Positions 26,962 to 37,365 are shown, counted from the first letter of the stretch. The stretch: 43,104 nucleotides of DNA from an uncultured Actinomycetes bacterium (GCA_963767005.1 CAVYCN010000017.1:1-43104), one strand, 5' to 3'. A program made the numbers and translations. Notes: a model not told the origin generated them from the letters alone.

Positions 26962-28356
26962 ATGAGCACGGCACGGTCGGGCCGGTTCGCCGGCGAGCGC
27001 TCGGCGGCCTTCATCGCCCTGAACTCGTCGCTCGCCCTCGACTGGCGCCTGTGGCCCGAAGACATCGAGGGGTCGGCGGCTCACGCCCGCGCGCTCTGGC
27101 GCGCGGGCGTGCTCGCCGACCCCGAGCGGCGAGCGATCGAGGACGGCCTGGCCCGGGTGGCCGCCGAGATCGAGTCGGGCGCCTTCGTGCCGCGCGACGA
27201 CGACGAGGACGTCCACATGGCGCTCGAGCGCCGCCTGACCGAGCTCGTCGGCGCGCCGGGGGCGAAGCTCCACACGGCGCGCAGCCGCAACGACCAGGTG
27301 GTGACCGACGTGCGCCTGCACCTGCGCCGCGTGATCGAGGGACAGCGCGCCGCGCTGCGCGACCTGCAGGCGCTCCTGCTCGAGCTGGCCGAACCCCACG
27401 TCGAGACCGTCCTGCCGGCCTACACGCACCTGCAGCGCGCCCAGGTGACCTCGCTCGCCCACCACCTGCTCGCCTGGTTCTGGATGCTCGAGCGCGACCG
27501 CGACCGCTTCGCCGGCGCGCTCGACGCCTGCCTCGAGCTGCCGCTCGGCTCGGGCGCCGCCGTGGGCCTGAACCACGACCTCGATCGCGCGGCCCTGGCC
27601 GCCGACCTCGGCTTCGCGCGCATCGCGGCCAACTCGCTCGACGCCGTCGCCGACCGCGACTTCGTCGTCGACTACCTGGCCGCGGCGGCGGAGCTGGCCA
27701 TGCACCTGAGCCGTGTCGGCGCCGAGATCGTCCTGTGGGCGAGCGCCGAGTTTGGCTTCGTGGCGCTGCCCGACGAGGTCAGCGGCGGCTCCAGCATCAT
27801 GCCGCAGAAGCGCAACCCCGACGCCGCCGAGCTCATGCGCGCCGCCGGTCCGCGCCTCGCCGCCGACCTGCAGGGGATGCTGACCACGCTGCACGGCCTG
27901 CCGCTCGCCTACAACACCGACTTGCGCGAGGACAAGCGCTACCTGTTCGACACGGTCGACTGTCTCGACGCGCTCCTGCCGGTCGTGGGCGAGCTGCTCT
28001 TCGGCCTGCGCTTCGACGCCGCGCGCATGGCGGCCGCCTGCGATTCGCTGCTCATGGCCACCGATGTGGCCGACGAGCTCGTCGCGCGCGGCCTGCCGTT
28101 TCGCGAGGCGCACCATCTGACCGGCGCCCTCGTGCGCCGCTGCCTCGAGCTGGGCTGCGAGCTCGAGGGGCTGGCGCCCGCCGAGCTCGCAGCCCTCTCG
28201 CCGGCCCTCGCCGACCTCGGACCGGCGCTCGCCGCCGGGGCGGGCGGCCTGGCCGACCCGCGGCGCTCGCTCGCGGCCAAGATCAGTGCCGGCGGCTCGG
28301 CGCCGGCCCGCGTGCGCGAGGAGCTCGGCCGGGCCCGCGCGGCGCTCGGGGCGTAG
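26962..28356 (+). CDS. argH: Argininosuccinate lyase
   Basis: EDVH, LHTARSRNDQV, YTHLQRAQ, GSSIMPQKRNPD, PFREAH. Confidence 0.97.
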   Translation: MSTARSGRFAGERSAAFIALNSSLALDWRLWPEDIEGSAAHARALWRAGVLADPERRAIEDGLARVAAEIESGAFVPRDDDEDVHMALERRLTELVGAPGAKLHTARSRNDQVVTDVRLHLRRVIEGQRAALRDLQALLLELAEPHVETVLPAYTHLQRAQVTSLAHHLLAWFWMLERDRDRFAGALDACLELPLGSGAAVGLNHDLDRAALAADLGFARIAANSLDAVADRDFVVDYLAAAAELAMHLSRVGAEIVLWASAEFGFVALPDEVSGGSSIMPQKRNPDAAELMRAAGPRLAADLQGMLTTLHGLPLAYNTDLREDKRYLFDTVDCLDALLPVVGELLFGLRFDAARMAAACDSLLMATDVADELVARGLPFREAHHLTGALVRRCLELGCELEGLAPAELAALSPALADLGPALAAGAGGLADPRRSLAAKISAGGSAPARVREELGRARAALGA

Positions 28357-28399
28357 CGGGTAGGCTCGGCCGAGCCCGCGCGGCGCTCGGGGTGTAGCG
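28323..28399 (+). repeat. Direct duplication of the last 36 bp of argH
   Basis: Copies at 28323-28358 and 28364-28399, two mismatches. Confidence 0.85.
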
Positions 28400-28407
28400 C
28401 CCGAGCC

Positions 28408-29478
28408 TCAGTCTGCCGCGGGCGGGACCACGACGATCTTGCCGACCCGGCGTTTCTCGAGGAACGCCGTCTGGGCGGCCGCCATCTCGTCGAGCGCGAA
28501 GGTCGCCGCGACGGGTGGGCGCGCCGCGCCGCGCGCCGCCGCCGCGAGCACGGCGGGAAACACGGGCTCGTCCCAGGCCGTGCAGCCGATCACCGTGAGG
28601 TCGCGCAGATACAGCATCCGCTTGTCGAGCGTCACGAGGGGGCCCGCGACCGCGCCGGCGGTGGCGTAGCGGCCGCCGCGCCGGACGAGGCCGAGCAGCC
28701 GTCCGAACTGCGGCCCCGAGACGTTGTCGATCACCACGTCGATGGACTGGGGGTCGAGCTGCTCGGCGAGGTCGCGGTCACGCGTTGCGACCAGGTCGGC
28801 GCCCAAGGCTCGCACCGCGTCGGACTTGTCGGGGGACGTCACCGCGACCACTGTGGCGCCGCGCGCCGTGGCGAGCTGCACGACGGCCGCTCCGACCCCG
28901 CCGGAGGCGCCGGTCACCAGGACGCGCTCGCCGGCCGTCACGCCGGCCCTGCGCAGCAGGTTCTCGGCCGTGCCATAGGCGCACGGCAGCGCCGCAAGCT
29001 CGGCGTCGGCCAGGTCCGCATCGACAGGGAACACCTCCGACGCCGGCGCCTTCACGTACTGGGCGAAGGCGCCGTCGAGGTCGGACCCCAGCCACACGGT
29101 GCGCGGGTCGCCGAAGCCGGCCGGCCGCATGCACGGCCGGATCACGACGCGCCGGCCGCGCAGCTCGCCCGGCGCCCGCCCGCCCACGGCCGTCACGATC
29201 CCGCAGCAGTCGGCGCCCTGGATCAGGGGGAACGGAGTCGGCCCGTCCCAGCCGCCGCCGGCCTCCCGGCCGCGCTCGGGAGGCGCGGCGAGAAGATCGG
29301 CCGTGCCCGCCGCCACGCTTGCCGCATACCAGCCGAGCCGCGTGTTGACATCGACGTTGTTCAGGCCGGCGGCGAGCACGCGCACGAGGATGTCGCCCGG
29401 CCCGAGCGCCGGCATGGGCACGTCGCGATACTCGAGCTTCTCGAGGCCGCCGAGCCCCGTCGTCACCACGGCCTTCAT
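28408..29478 (-). CDS. MDR-superfamily alcohol dehydrogenase / quinone oxidoreductase-like
   Basis: MKAVVTTG, FPLIQGADCCG, DGAFAQY, VLVTGASGGVG, GKIVV. Confidence 0.9.
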   Translation of the reverse strand: MKAVVTTGLGGLEKLEYRDVPMPALGPGDILVRVLAAGLNNVDVNTRLGWYAASVAAGTADLLAAPPERGREAGGGWDGPTPFPLIQGADCCGIVTAVGGRAPGELRGRRVVIRPCMRPAGFGDPRTVWLGSDLDGAFAQYVKAPASEVFPVDADLADAELAALPCAYGTAENLLRRAGVTAGERVLVTGASGGVGAAVVQLATARGATVVAVTSPDKSDAVRALGADLVATRDRDLAEQLDPQSIDVVIDNVSGPQFGRLLGLVRRGGRYATAGAVAGPLVTLDKRMLYLRDLTVIGCTAWDEPVFPAVLAAAARGAARPPVAATFALDEMAAAQTAFLEKRRVGKIVVVPPAAD

Positions 29479-29584
29479 GAGCGTGCCGCCGGAGCGCGGC
29501 GCGAAGCGATCATCGCGCACGGTCATCTGCCACAGGGCGACGTCGACGGGGCCATGGCGCGACTGTACCGGATAGAATCGAGCC

Positions 29585-30295
29585 ATGACGAGCCCGCGCC
29601 CGACCGCCATTCTCTTCGACCTCTGGGGCACGCTCGTCGCGCCGGGCATCGAGCGCCGCGACGCCGTCTCGCGCCTGGTGGCGCGCGACCTCGGCGTCGA
29701 GCCCGCCGCCTTCATCGCGGCCGTGCCGGCGATGCACGCGGAGCGCTTCGTCGGCGCCACGGGCGCGCTCGTCGAGACGCTGCGCGCCCTCGCCCGGCGC
29801 TGCGGCGCCGAACCCGACGACGACGCCCTCGAGTGCGCCGCCGCCCGCCGCCTCGCCATGACCCGCGAGCTCCTGGTGGCCGACGACGAGACGCTCGCCG
29901 TGCTCGACGCGCTGCGCCAGCGGGGCCTCGTGCTCGGCCTCGTCACCGACTCCTCGATCGAGACGCCGACGGTCTGGCCCGGCAGCGCTCTCGCCGAGCG
30001 GTTCGCCGCGACCGCGTTCTCGTGCCTCGAGGGCCTGCGCAAGCCGCGGCCCGAGATCTACCTGGCCTGCACCGGACGGCTCGGTGTGGCGCCGGCGGCG
30101 TGTCTTTACGTCGGCGACGGCGACAGCCACGAGCTCTCGGGCGCGGTGGCCCTCGGCATGACCGCGCTGCGCTTTACGGGCTTCACCGGGCCCGACGGCA
30201 TGCACTACGACGGCGACGCCGACTTCGCCGGACCCGACATCGCTCGGCTGCGCGACCTGCTCGATCTGATCGACGGCACGGGGGTCGCGCGATGA
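29585..30295 (+). CDS. HAD-family hydrolase (leaderless)
   Basis: FDLWGTL, LVTDS, RKPRPEIY, YVGDG; TAGAAT 6 nt before the ATG. Confidence 0.9.
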   Translation: MTSPRPTAILFDLWGTLVAPGIERRDAVSRLVARDLGVEPAAFIAAVPAMHAERFVGATGALVETLRALARRCGAEPDDDALECAAARRLAMTRELLVADDETLAVLDALRQRGLVLGLVTDSSIETPTVWPGSALAERFAATAFSCLEGLRKPRPEIYLACTGRLGVAPAACLYVGDGDSHELSGAVALGMTALRFTGFTGPDGMHYDGDADFAGPDIARLRDLLDLIDGTGVAR

Positions 30296-30942
30296 GCGAC
30301 GGGCGGATCAGACCGGTCCCGGCCGAGCGGCCGCTGCCCTGCGCGTTCTTCGCGCGGCCGGTGCTCGAGGTCGCGCGCGACTTGATCGGCTGCACGTTCC
30401 TGTGCGACGGCGTGGGTGGCCGGCTCGTCGAGGTCGAGGCCTACCGGGCCGTCGACGATCCCGCCAGCCACGCCTATCGCGGCCGCACGACGCGCAACGC
30501 CGCCATGTTCGGACCGGCCGGTCGGCTGTACGTGTACTTCACGATGGGCCTGCACTTCTGCGTCAACGTGGTGTGCCAGGCCGAGGGCGAGGCCGCGGCC
30601 GTGCTGCTGCGCGCCCTCGAGCCGGCCGCCGGCCTCGAGCTCATGCGGGCGCGGCGCAGGCTCACCGACGCGCGGCAGCTGTGCAGCGGTCCGGCCAAGC
30701 TCACCCAGGCCCTCGCCATCACGCGCGCCGACTACGGCGCTCCTGCTTGCGAGCCGGGCGCCCGGTGCGGGTTCTCCGCACCGTACGCCGGTGGGCGAGA
30801 CGATGGGTCGCCGGCCCACGCTCCGCGCATTGTGACGACGCCGCGGATCGGCGTGGCCGCCGGCCAGGACACCCCGTGGCGCTTCGTCGACGCGGACAGC
30901 GCGTATCTGTCGCGGCCGCTGCCGCGCGCCCTGCGGCGATGA
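30292..30942 (+). CDS. mpg: DNA-3-methyladenine glycosylase
   Basis: VEVEAY, DPASH, MFGPAG, YVYFTMGLH, AVLLRALEP, GPAKL, PRIGV. Confidence 0.93.
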   Translation: MSDGRIRPVPAERPLPCAFFARPVLEVARDLIGCTFLCDGVGGRLVEVEAYRAVDDPASHAYRGRTTRNAAMFGPAGRLYVYFTMGLHFCVNVVCQAEGEAAAVLLRALEPAAGLELMRARRRLTDARQLCSGPAKLTQALAITRADYGAPACEPGARCGFSAPYAGGRDDGSPAHAPRIVTTPRIGVAAGQDTPWRFVDADSAYLSRPLPRALRR

Positions 30943-31078
30943 AAGCGGGCGGCTCGGCGGGAGCCGGCGCCGCGCCGCCGACCTCGATGACTACAACGTA
31001 TGCGGTTATAGAATGGCCACGGCTCGTCTCGCCGCGGCGCCCCGGATGCGCGCGGCGTCATCGCACGAAAGGACGCAC

Positions 31079-32053
31079 GTGAAGCTCGGAGACATGTACC
31101 AGACCGCGATCCGCATGGGCATGGACGCCGATCCCCGCGGTCGCGCGGCGGTCGAGCAGTCGCTCGCCGTGGCCAAGCGCCGCTTCGAGAACCTCCCCGA
31201 CTATCTGAAGGGCGTCTTCGACGCCGAGGAGCTCACCAACCCCTACGCCGACACGCGGATCTACGTGGGCGAGCGCGACGCCGACGTCGGCGCCCTGCTG
31301 GCCGGCATCGACATGAACGTGGGCGAGGTGCTGCTCGCCGACCGGCTGCGCGAGAAGGGCCGCCCCGTCGACGCGGTCTACACGCACCACCCCGAGGGTA
31401 TGGGGCTGACCAAGCTCGACCGCGTCATGGAGATGCAGGCCGAGATCTGGGAGTCGTGGGGCGTGCCGATCAACTTCGGCGAGTCGGTCATGGACGAGCG
31501 CCGGGTCGACGTGCGGCGGCGCTTCATGCCGATGAACGTCGACCAGGCGATCGACGCCGCGCGGCTGCTCGACGTGCCGTTCTTCTCGGCGCACACGCCG
31601 ACCGACAACCTGGTGACCTCGTTCCTCACGCGCTACCTGGCCGAGCGCGAGCCGCTGCTCGTCGACGACGTGCGCCGCGCCCTGTTCGACGTGCCCGAGT
31701 ACCGCGAGGCCGCGGTGCGCGGCGCCGGGCCGTACATCGTCGAAGAGAAGGCCGGCAAGCGCGCCGGCAGGATCTGGGTCGACATGACCGGCGGCACCGA
31801 AGGGCCCGTGCCGATCATGGAGAAGCTCGCCGATCACGGCGTGGGCACGATCGTCGGCATGCACATGAGCCCCGAACTGCGCAAGGTCGCCGACGAGAAC
31901 CACGTGCACGTCGTGATCGCCGGCCATATCTCGAGCGACTCGCTGGGCGTCAACCTGCTGCTCGACGAGTTCGAGCGGCGCGGCGTCGAGATCGTGCCGA
32001 CCTCGGGCCTCATCCGCGTGCGCCGTGACGCGGAGTGGAAGCTGACCGACTGA
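31079..32053 (+). CDS. NIF3 (NGG1p-interacting factor 3)-like metal-binding protein
   Basis: NPYADTRI, AGID, THHPEG, AHTPTDN, DMTGGT, VGMH, IAGHISSDSLG. Confidence 0.85.
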   Translation: MKLGDMYQTAIRMGMDADPRGRAAVEQSLAVAKRRFENLPDYLKGVFDAEELTNPYADTRIYVGERDADVGALLAGIDMNVGEVLLADRLREKGRPVDAVYTHHPEGMGLTKLDRVMEMQAEIWESWGVPINFGESVMDERRVDVRRRFMPMNVDQAIDAARLLDVPFFSAHTPTDNLVTSFLTRYLAEREPLLVDDVRRALFDVPEYREAAVRGAGPYIVEEKAGKRAGRIWVDMTGGTEGPVPIMEKLADHGVGTIVGMHMSPELRKVADENHVHVVIAGHISSDSLGVNLLLDEFERRGVEIVPTSGLIRVRRDAEWKLTD

Positions 32054-32085
32054 GCACGGCGGCGCAACGCCCGGTGGAGGGCGAC

Positions 32086-34524
32086 GTGCCGGCCCGGCGC
32101 CGGGTCGAGCTGCTGGCGCCGGCCGGGGGGCCGCCTGCGCTGCAGGCGGCCCTGTCGGCCGGCGCCGACGCCGTCTACCTGGGCCTCGACGACTGGAGCG
32201 CGCGCGCCTTCGCGGCCAACTTCGACGCGGCCGCGCTGCTCGCGGCGATCGACCGCGCCCACTTGTTCGGCGCGCGCGTCCACCTCGCCCTCAACGTGCT
32301 GCTCAAAGACGACGAGCTCGAGCCGGCGCTCGCCGCCCTGGCCGCCCCCTACGAGGCCGGGCTCGACGCGCTGATCGTGGCCGACCTCGGCTTCGCCGCC
32401 CTGGTGCGCGCGGCCTACCCGGCGCTCGCGCTGCACGCGAGCACGCAGCTCGACACGCACGCCAGCGCCCAGCTCGAGCGCCTCGCCGCGCTCGGTTTCT
32501 CGCGCGTGATCCTGGCCCGCGAGCTGTCGCTCGCCGAGATCGCCGCCCTGCAGCCGCACGGCCTCGCCCTCGAGGCCTTCGTCCACGGCGCGCTGTGCTA
32601 CGGCTACTCCGGCGCCTGCCTGCTGTCGAGCATGGCTTCGGGCCGCAGCGGCAACCGCGGGCGCTGCAGCCAGGCCTGCCGCATGCGCTACACGCTCGCG
32701 CCTGCCGCGGCGGGTCACGGGCGTCGCGCCGCCGCGCCGGCACACCGGGTGGGCGAGGCCGGACCCCAGCGCGGCGACGAGGCCGCCGGCGAGGCCCGCC
32801 GCGTGCTGTCGACCGCCGACCTCGCCGCGATCGGCGCCCTGCCGGGGTTGCTCGCGGCCGGCGTCACGTCACTGAAGATCGAGGGCCGCATGAAGGACGC
32901 CGGCTACGTCGCCGTGACGACGGCGGTCTACCGCGAGGCGCTCGACGCCGCGCTCGCCGACCCCGAGGGCTACGAGGTGAGGCCCGACTGGCTTGCGCGC
33001 CTCGAGCAGAGCTTCTCGCGCAGCTTCACGACGGCCCATCTCGAGGGCCGTCACGCCGCCGTGCGGTCCGGCGGCCGCGGCGGCCGCCGCGGCCTGCAGA
33101 TCGGGCGTGTCGAGGCGGTCGACGAGGCGCGCGGCCTCGCCACGGTACGCGTCGAGGCCGAGCTCCACGAAGGCGACGTGCTGCAGGTCTACACGAGCTG
33201 GGGGGCGACCCAGCCGGCGCCGCTCTCCGCGCTGCTCGCCGGCGAGCTCGGCGGCGCGCGCGTGGTGCTGCGCCTGAGCGAGCGCGTGGGGCTCAAGGAC
33301 CGCGTCTTTCGCACGAGCTCGGGCCGCGGCGCGGCCGTCGCCGCCGACGCCGTCGCCGGGCGCGTACTGGCGCGCCCCGTCGCGCTGGGCGCGAGTCTGC
33401 GGGCGCGCCGTGGCGAGCCCGCCCGGCTCACGGTCACGGCCGCCGGCTGCGAGGCGACGGTCGAGGGCGAGGCGCCGCTCGAGGCGGCGCGCACGGCCGG
33501 CCTGACGGCCGACAAGGCGCGGCGCGCGGTCGGCGCCCTGGGCGGCACGCCCTACGTGCTGGCCACGCTCGACTACGACGCCGACGACGGCGTGTTCCTC
33601 GGCGTCGGCGCCCTCAAGGAGCTGCGCCGCCGGGCGGTCGCGGAGCTCGACGGGCGGCGCCTGGCGGGCGGGCGGCGGGCGCAGCCCGCCGCCCGCCCGC
33701 CAGGCGCCGCGCCGCGCCCGGCCGCCGCGCACCCCCTATCGCCGCGCTCCGCCGGGGAGCGCGGTCCGCTGGTCGTTGTGCGGCTGCGCCCGGGCGAGCG
33801 CCCGGCCGCGGCCGCTCACACCGACGCCGTGTGCGTCGACCTGCGGGCCGGCGACGACCTCGACCTCGTGGCGGCTACGCGCGCCGCGGCGACCGCGGCC
33901 GGTCTCGCCGTGCGCGTGCGCTCGCCCGAGGTGCTGTTCGACGGCGACGCCTCCTGGGCGTCGGCGGTGGCGGGCATGGGCTGGGATGTCGTCTACGCCC
34001 GCCACGTCGGCGCGCTGGGCTGGGCGCCTGTCGCCTATCTCGAGTACCCGCTCCAGGGCCTGAACCCGCACGCCGCCGGCGTGCTCGGCGCCGCCGGTCT
34101 TGTCGCCTCGCCCGAGCTTACCCTCGAGGAGCTCGCGCGCTTCACGGCGCCCGGCGCCGGGCGACGGCCGGTCGTCGAGGCGCTCGTCTTCGGCCGCGAG
34201 CAGGTGCTCGTGAGCCGCGACGCGCTGGGGCTCGCCGAGGGCTTCGCCCCGCCGGCGCGGCTCATGCTCACCGACGCCCGTGGCTACGCGTTCCCCGTTC
34301 AGGTCGCCGGCGACGAGACCCGCATATTCAACGCGCGGGTGACCAATCTGTGCGGCCGCCTCTCAGACCTCGTGGCCGCCGGCGTCGACGGGGTGCACGT
34401 GGTGCAGGGCGACCTGCGCGCCGCGGAGAGGGCCGCCTTCGCGCGCTCGGGTCTCACGGGCCTCGCCGGCTTCGACGACCGCGAGCGCTTCACGACCGGT
34501 CACCTCTACCGGGGCGTGGCCTGA
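32086..34524 (+). CDS. U32-family protein (RlhA-like RNA hydroxylation protein, long C-terminal region)
   Basis: ELLAPAG, GADAVYLG, HASTQ, LARELSL, EAFVHGALCYGYSGAC, NRGRCSQACR, LKIEGRMK; GGAGG SD before GTG 32086. Confidence 0.88.
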   Translation: MPARRRVELLAPAGGPPALQAALSAGADAVYLGLDDWSARAFAANFDAAALLAAIDRAHLFGARVHLALNVLLKDDELEPALAALAAPYEAGLDALIVADLGFAALVRAAYPALALHASTQLDTHASAQLERLAALGFSRVILARELSLAEIAALQPHGLALEAFVHGALCYGYSGACLLSSMASGRSGNRGRCSQACRMRYTLAPAAAGHGRRAAAPAHRVGEAGPQRGDEAAGEARRVLSTADLAAIGALPGLLAAGVTSLKIEGRMKDAGYVAVTTAVYREALDAALADPEGYEVRPDWLARLEQSFSRSFTTAHLEGRHAAVRSGGRGGRRGLQIGRVEAVDEARGLATVRVEAELHEGDVLQVYTSWGATQPAPLSALLAGELGGARVVLRLSERVGLKDRVFRTSSGRGAAVAADAVAGRVLARPVALGASLRARRGEPARLTVTAAGCEATVEGEAPLEAARTAGLTADKARRAVGALGGTPYVLATLDYDADDGVFLGVGALKELRRRAVAELDGRRLAGGRRAQPAARPPGAAPRPAAAHPLSPRSAGERGPLVVVRLRPGERPAAAAHTDAVCVDLRAGDDLDLVAATRAAATAAGLAVRVRSPEVLFDGDASWASAVAGMGWDVVYARHVGALGWAPVAYLEYPLQGLNPHAAGVLGAAGLVASPELTLEELARFTAPGAGRRPVVEALVFGREQVLVSRDALGLAEGFAPPARLMLTDARGYAFPVQVAGDETRIFNARVTNLCGRLSDLVAAGVDGVHVVQGDLRAAERAAFARSGLTGLAGFDDRERFTTGHLYRGVA

Positions 34525-34605
34525 CGGCCGTCTCGAGGGTGGGCTGCGACGCTGCCGGAGCGGCAGCCTCGCGCCGGTGCGGCGCACGCCCCCGGCCGGG
34601 GCGCC

Positions 34606-37263
34606 TTACGGTATGAGCGCGGGCGACGCCTGCCCGTCGACCCCGAGCTGCACGATCGCGCCGATCTCGACGCTCGTACCCCCGGCGGGGCTCTGCGCCG
34701 TGACCGCGCTGCCGCTCGAGCCGGTCGGCAGGACGGCGCCGAGGCCGACTGCGGCCAGGGCTGCCTGCGCGGCGGCCGGCGCGAGCCCGACGACGTTGGG
34801 CACGGTCACTTGCCCGTCGGTGCCGTGCACCACGATCGTCACGGCGCCCTGCGTCGACGTGCCGCCGGCGGGGTCCTGCTGGGCCACGGTGCCGGCGCCC
34901 GCGCCCGTCGTGCCGTCGAACTGGACGGTCGCGCTGAAGCCGGCGGCCTCGATCGTCTGCTCGGCCGCGGCGCGGTAGAGGCCGACGACGTCGGGCACGA
35001 TCCGCAGGGGGCCGCTGTCGACCCGCAAGGTCACGACGCTGCCCTGCAGCGCGCTGTCGCCCGGGCCCGGCGACTGGCCGAGGACGATACCCTGCTGCGA
35101 CGGGTCGCCCGGCACGAACACGACCTGCCAGCCGAGCTTGAGGGTCCGCAGGCGGTGCTGCGCCACGCCCAGGTCGAGGCCGGTGAGGTCGGGCAGCTTC
35201 ACGTTCTGGGGCTTGTGGTAGGTGCAGGTCGCGGTCGGCGCCTGGCCGGCGAAGTAGTAGCAGAGCAGGCGCTCGGGACACCAGCGCGTAGCGAGGTCGC
35301 CGCTGCGGTTGCAGACGATGCACTTGACGACCGGCGGCGTCGTGAAGGCGGGAAAGCCGTGGGCCGGCACACCGTCGAGGGCGGCGCTTGCGAAGCGGTT
35401 CCAGATCTCGGCCGGGAACGTGCCGCCGGCGACCTCGATGCCGCGCACGATCATCGTGCGCCGGGCGTTCGGATAGCCCACCCAGACGGCCGCCGACAGG
35501 TCGGGGGTGTAGCCGCAGAACCAGGCGTCGGCGTAGTCGGTCGTCGTGCCGGTCTTGCCGGCCTGCGGCCGGCCGATGTTCGCGGCCACACCGGTGCCGC
35601 GCGCGACGACCTGCTGCAGGATGGACGTCTCCAGACCCGCCTGCCAGGGTTCGAGCACGCGCGAGCGCACGACGCTGTTGCGCACCAGCACCTGGCCCTG
35701 CGCGTCGGTGACCTTTCTGATCGAGATCGGCGCCGGCCCGTCGTCGTCGTCGAAGGCGTCGCCGTTCATGCGCTGGCCGTTCGCCGCGAGCGTGGCGTAG
35801 GCGTTGGCCATCTCGAGCGGGCTGACCCCGGTGTTGAGACCGCCGAGGGCGATCGCGGGGTTGTCGCCGATCGGCGTGGTGATGCCCATCTCCGCGGCCA
35901 TCGCGGCGATGTTGTCGGGGCCCACCATCATCGACAGGTCGGCGTAGACCGTGTTGTCGGACTCGACCGTCGCGTCGGCCAGGCTGATCTTGCCGGCGTA
36001 GCCGCCCGAGTAGGTGCTCACGTGCCACACCGAGCCGCCGCCCAGGTCGATGGCCTTGGGCTGCGAGATGAAGACGCTGCGCGGCGACATGCCCTGGCGG
36101 ATCGCCGCCGCCAGAGCGAACGGCTTGAAGGCGGAGCCGGGCTGGCGGCGGCCGTCGACCGCGACGTCGAACTGCTGCTGGGCGAAACTGCGACCGCCCA
36201 CCAGGGCTTCGACCTCGTCGGTGCGCGGATCGATGGCGACGATCGAGACGGTCGGGTCGCCGGGCCGGTCGAGCACCTCGGTCGCGGCGCGGTCGGCGTC
36301 GCGCTGCACGCTCGGGTCGAGCGTCGTGTAGACGCGCAGGCCGCCGCCGAAGGCGGTGGCCGCGCCGAACTGGCGCACCAGCTCCTGGATGACGTACTCG
36401 ACGAAGTAGGGGGCGCTGCGGCTCACCGGCAGGCGGTGCGGACGGCGCGGCAGCGGCGCGCGCGCCGCTGCCGCGCCGTCCGCCGCCGAGACCATCCCCT
36501 GGGCCACCATGGCGGCGAGCACCTCGCCGCGACGCGTGCGGGCCGCCGCCGGTGCCGTGAACGGGTCGTAGCGGGCGGGGTTCTGGACGATGCCGGCCAG
36601 CAGGGCCGCCTGGGGCAGGGTGAGGCGGCGCGCCGTCGTGCCGAAGAAGGTGCGCGCCGCCATCTCGATGCCGTAGGCGCTCTCGCCGAAGTAGATCGTG
36701 TTCAGGTAGTTGGTGAGGATCTCGTCCTTCGACCAGCGCTTTTCGAGCTGCCAGGCGAGCACGGCCTCGCGCAGCTTGCGCGAGAAGCTGTCGGCGGTGC
36801 GCTGGTCGGCGGGCAGGTAGGCGTTCTTGATGAACTGCTGGGTGATGGTCGAGCCGCCCTGCACGGTGTGGCCGGCCGTGACGTCGCTGAACAGGGCGCG
36901 AACGATGGAGTGATAGTCGATGCCCTGGTGGCTGTAGAAGCGCTTGTCCTCGATCGCCACGATCGCCTGCTTGAGCACGGGAGCGATGCGGTCCGAGCTC
37001 ACGATCACCCGGCTCTGGTCGCCGCGCAGCACGGCCAGCAGGTGGGGGTGGCGGGCGCCGTCGTAGATGTAGGTGTTCGTGGTGAGCGGCTGATGGGCGG
37101 CGATGTCGAGCTTCGGCAGGCTGGCGTCGACCGACGACACTGCCGCCCGCACCGTGACGCCGGCGACGGCCAGCACGGCGGACACGACGCCCAGGGTGAC
37201 CGCCGCCACCAGCGTGCGGTGGTCGCGGTGCCTGGTCCTCGCCTTGCGGAGCTGCACGGCCAT
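34606..37263 (-). CDS. Class A penicillin-binding protein with C-terminal PASTA repeats
   Basis: GT51 motifs EDKRF, GGSTITQQ, RKLRE; transpeptidase SAFK, SDN, KTGT; three PASTA-like units. Confidence 0.95.
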   Translation of the reverse strand: MAVQLRKARTRHRDHRTLVAAVTLGVVSAVLAVAGVTVRAAVSSVDASLPKLDIAAHQPLTTNTYIYDGARHPHLLAVLRGDQSRVIVSSDRIAPVLKQAIVAIEDKRFYSHQGIDYHSIVRALFSDVTAGHTVQGGSTITQQFIKNAYLPADQRTADSFSRKLREAVLAWQLEKRWSKDEILTNYLNTIYFGESAYGIEMAARTFFGTTARRLTLPQAALLAGIVQNPARYDPFTAPAAARTRRGEVLAAMVAQGMVSAADGAAAARAPLPRRPHRLPVSRSAPYFVEYVIQELVRQFGAATAFGGGLRVYTTLDPSVQRDADRAATEVLDRPGDPTVSIVAIDPRTDEVEALVGGRSFAQQQFDVAVDGRRQPGSAFKPFALAAAIRQGMSPRSVFISQPKAIDLGGGSVWHVSTYSGGYAGKISLADATVESDNTVYADLSMMVGPDNIAAMAAEMGITTPIGDNPAIALGGLNTGVSPLEMANAYATLAANGQRMNGDAFDDDDGPAPISIRKVTDAQGQVLVRNSVVRSRVLEPWQAGLETSILQQVVARGTGVAANIGRPQAGKTGTTTDYADAWFCGYTPDLSAAVWVGYPNARRTMIVRGIEVAGGTFPAEIWNRFASAALDGVPAHGFPAFTTPPVVKCIVCNRSGDLATRWCPERLLCYYFAGQAPTATCTYHKPQNVKLPDLTGLDLGVAQHRLRTLKLGWQVVFVPGDPSQQGIVLGQSPGPGDSALQGSVVTLRVDSGPLRIVPDVVGLYRAAAEQTIEAAGFSATVQFDGTTGAGAGTVAQQDPAGGTSTQGAVTIVVHGTDGQVTVPNVVGLAPAAAQAALAAVGLGAVLPTGSSGSAVTAQSPAGGTSVEIGAIVQLGVDGQASPALIP

Positions 37264-37345
37264 GGGACCTGTTTCGGCCGATTGGGGGCGCGACCGTAGC
37301 CCTATCTGGCGACGTCACCTGCGCGCGGGCGTCAAAAAGGGCCTG

Positions 37346-37354
37346 TGGTATCAT
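37346..37354 (+). promoter_or_regulatory. Extended -10 promoter of tyrS
   Basis: TG-g-TATCAT, 11 nt before the ATG; no SD. Confidence 0.5.
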
Positions 37355-37365
37355 CCGGCGGCGCC

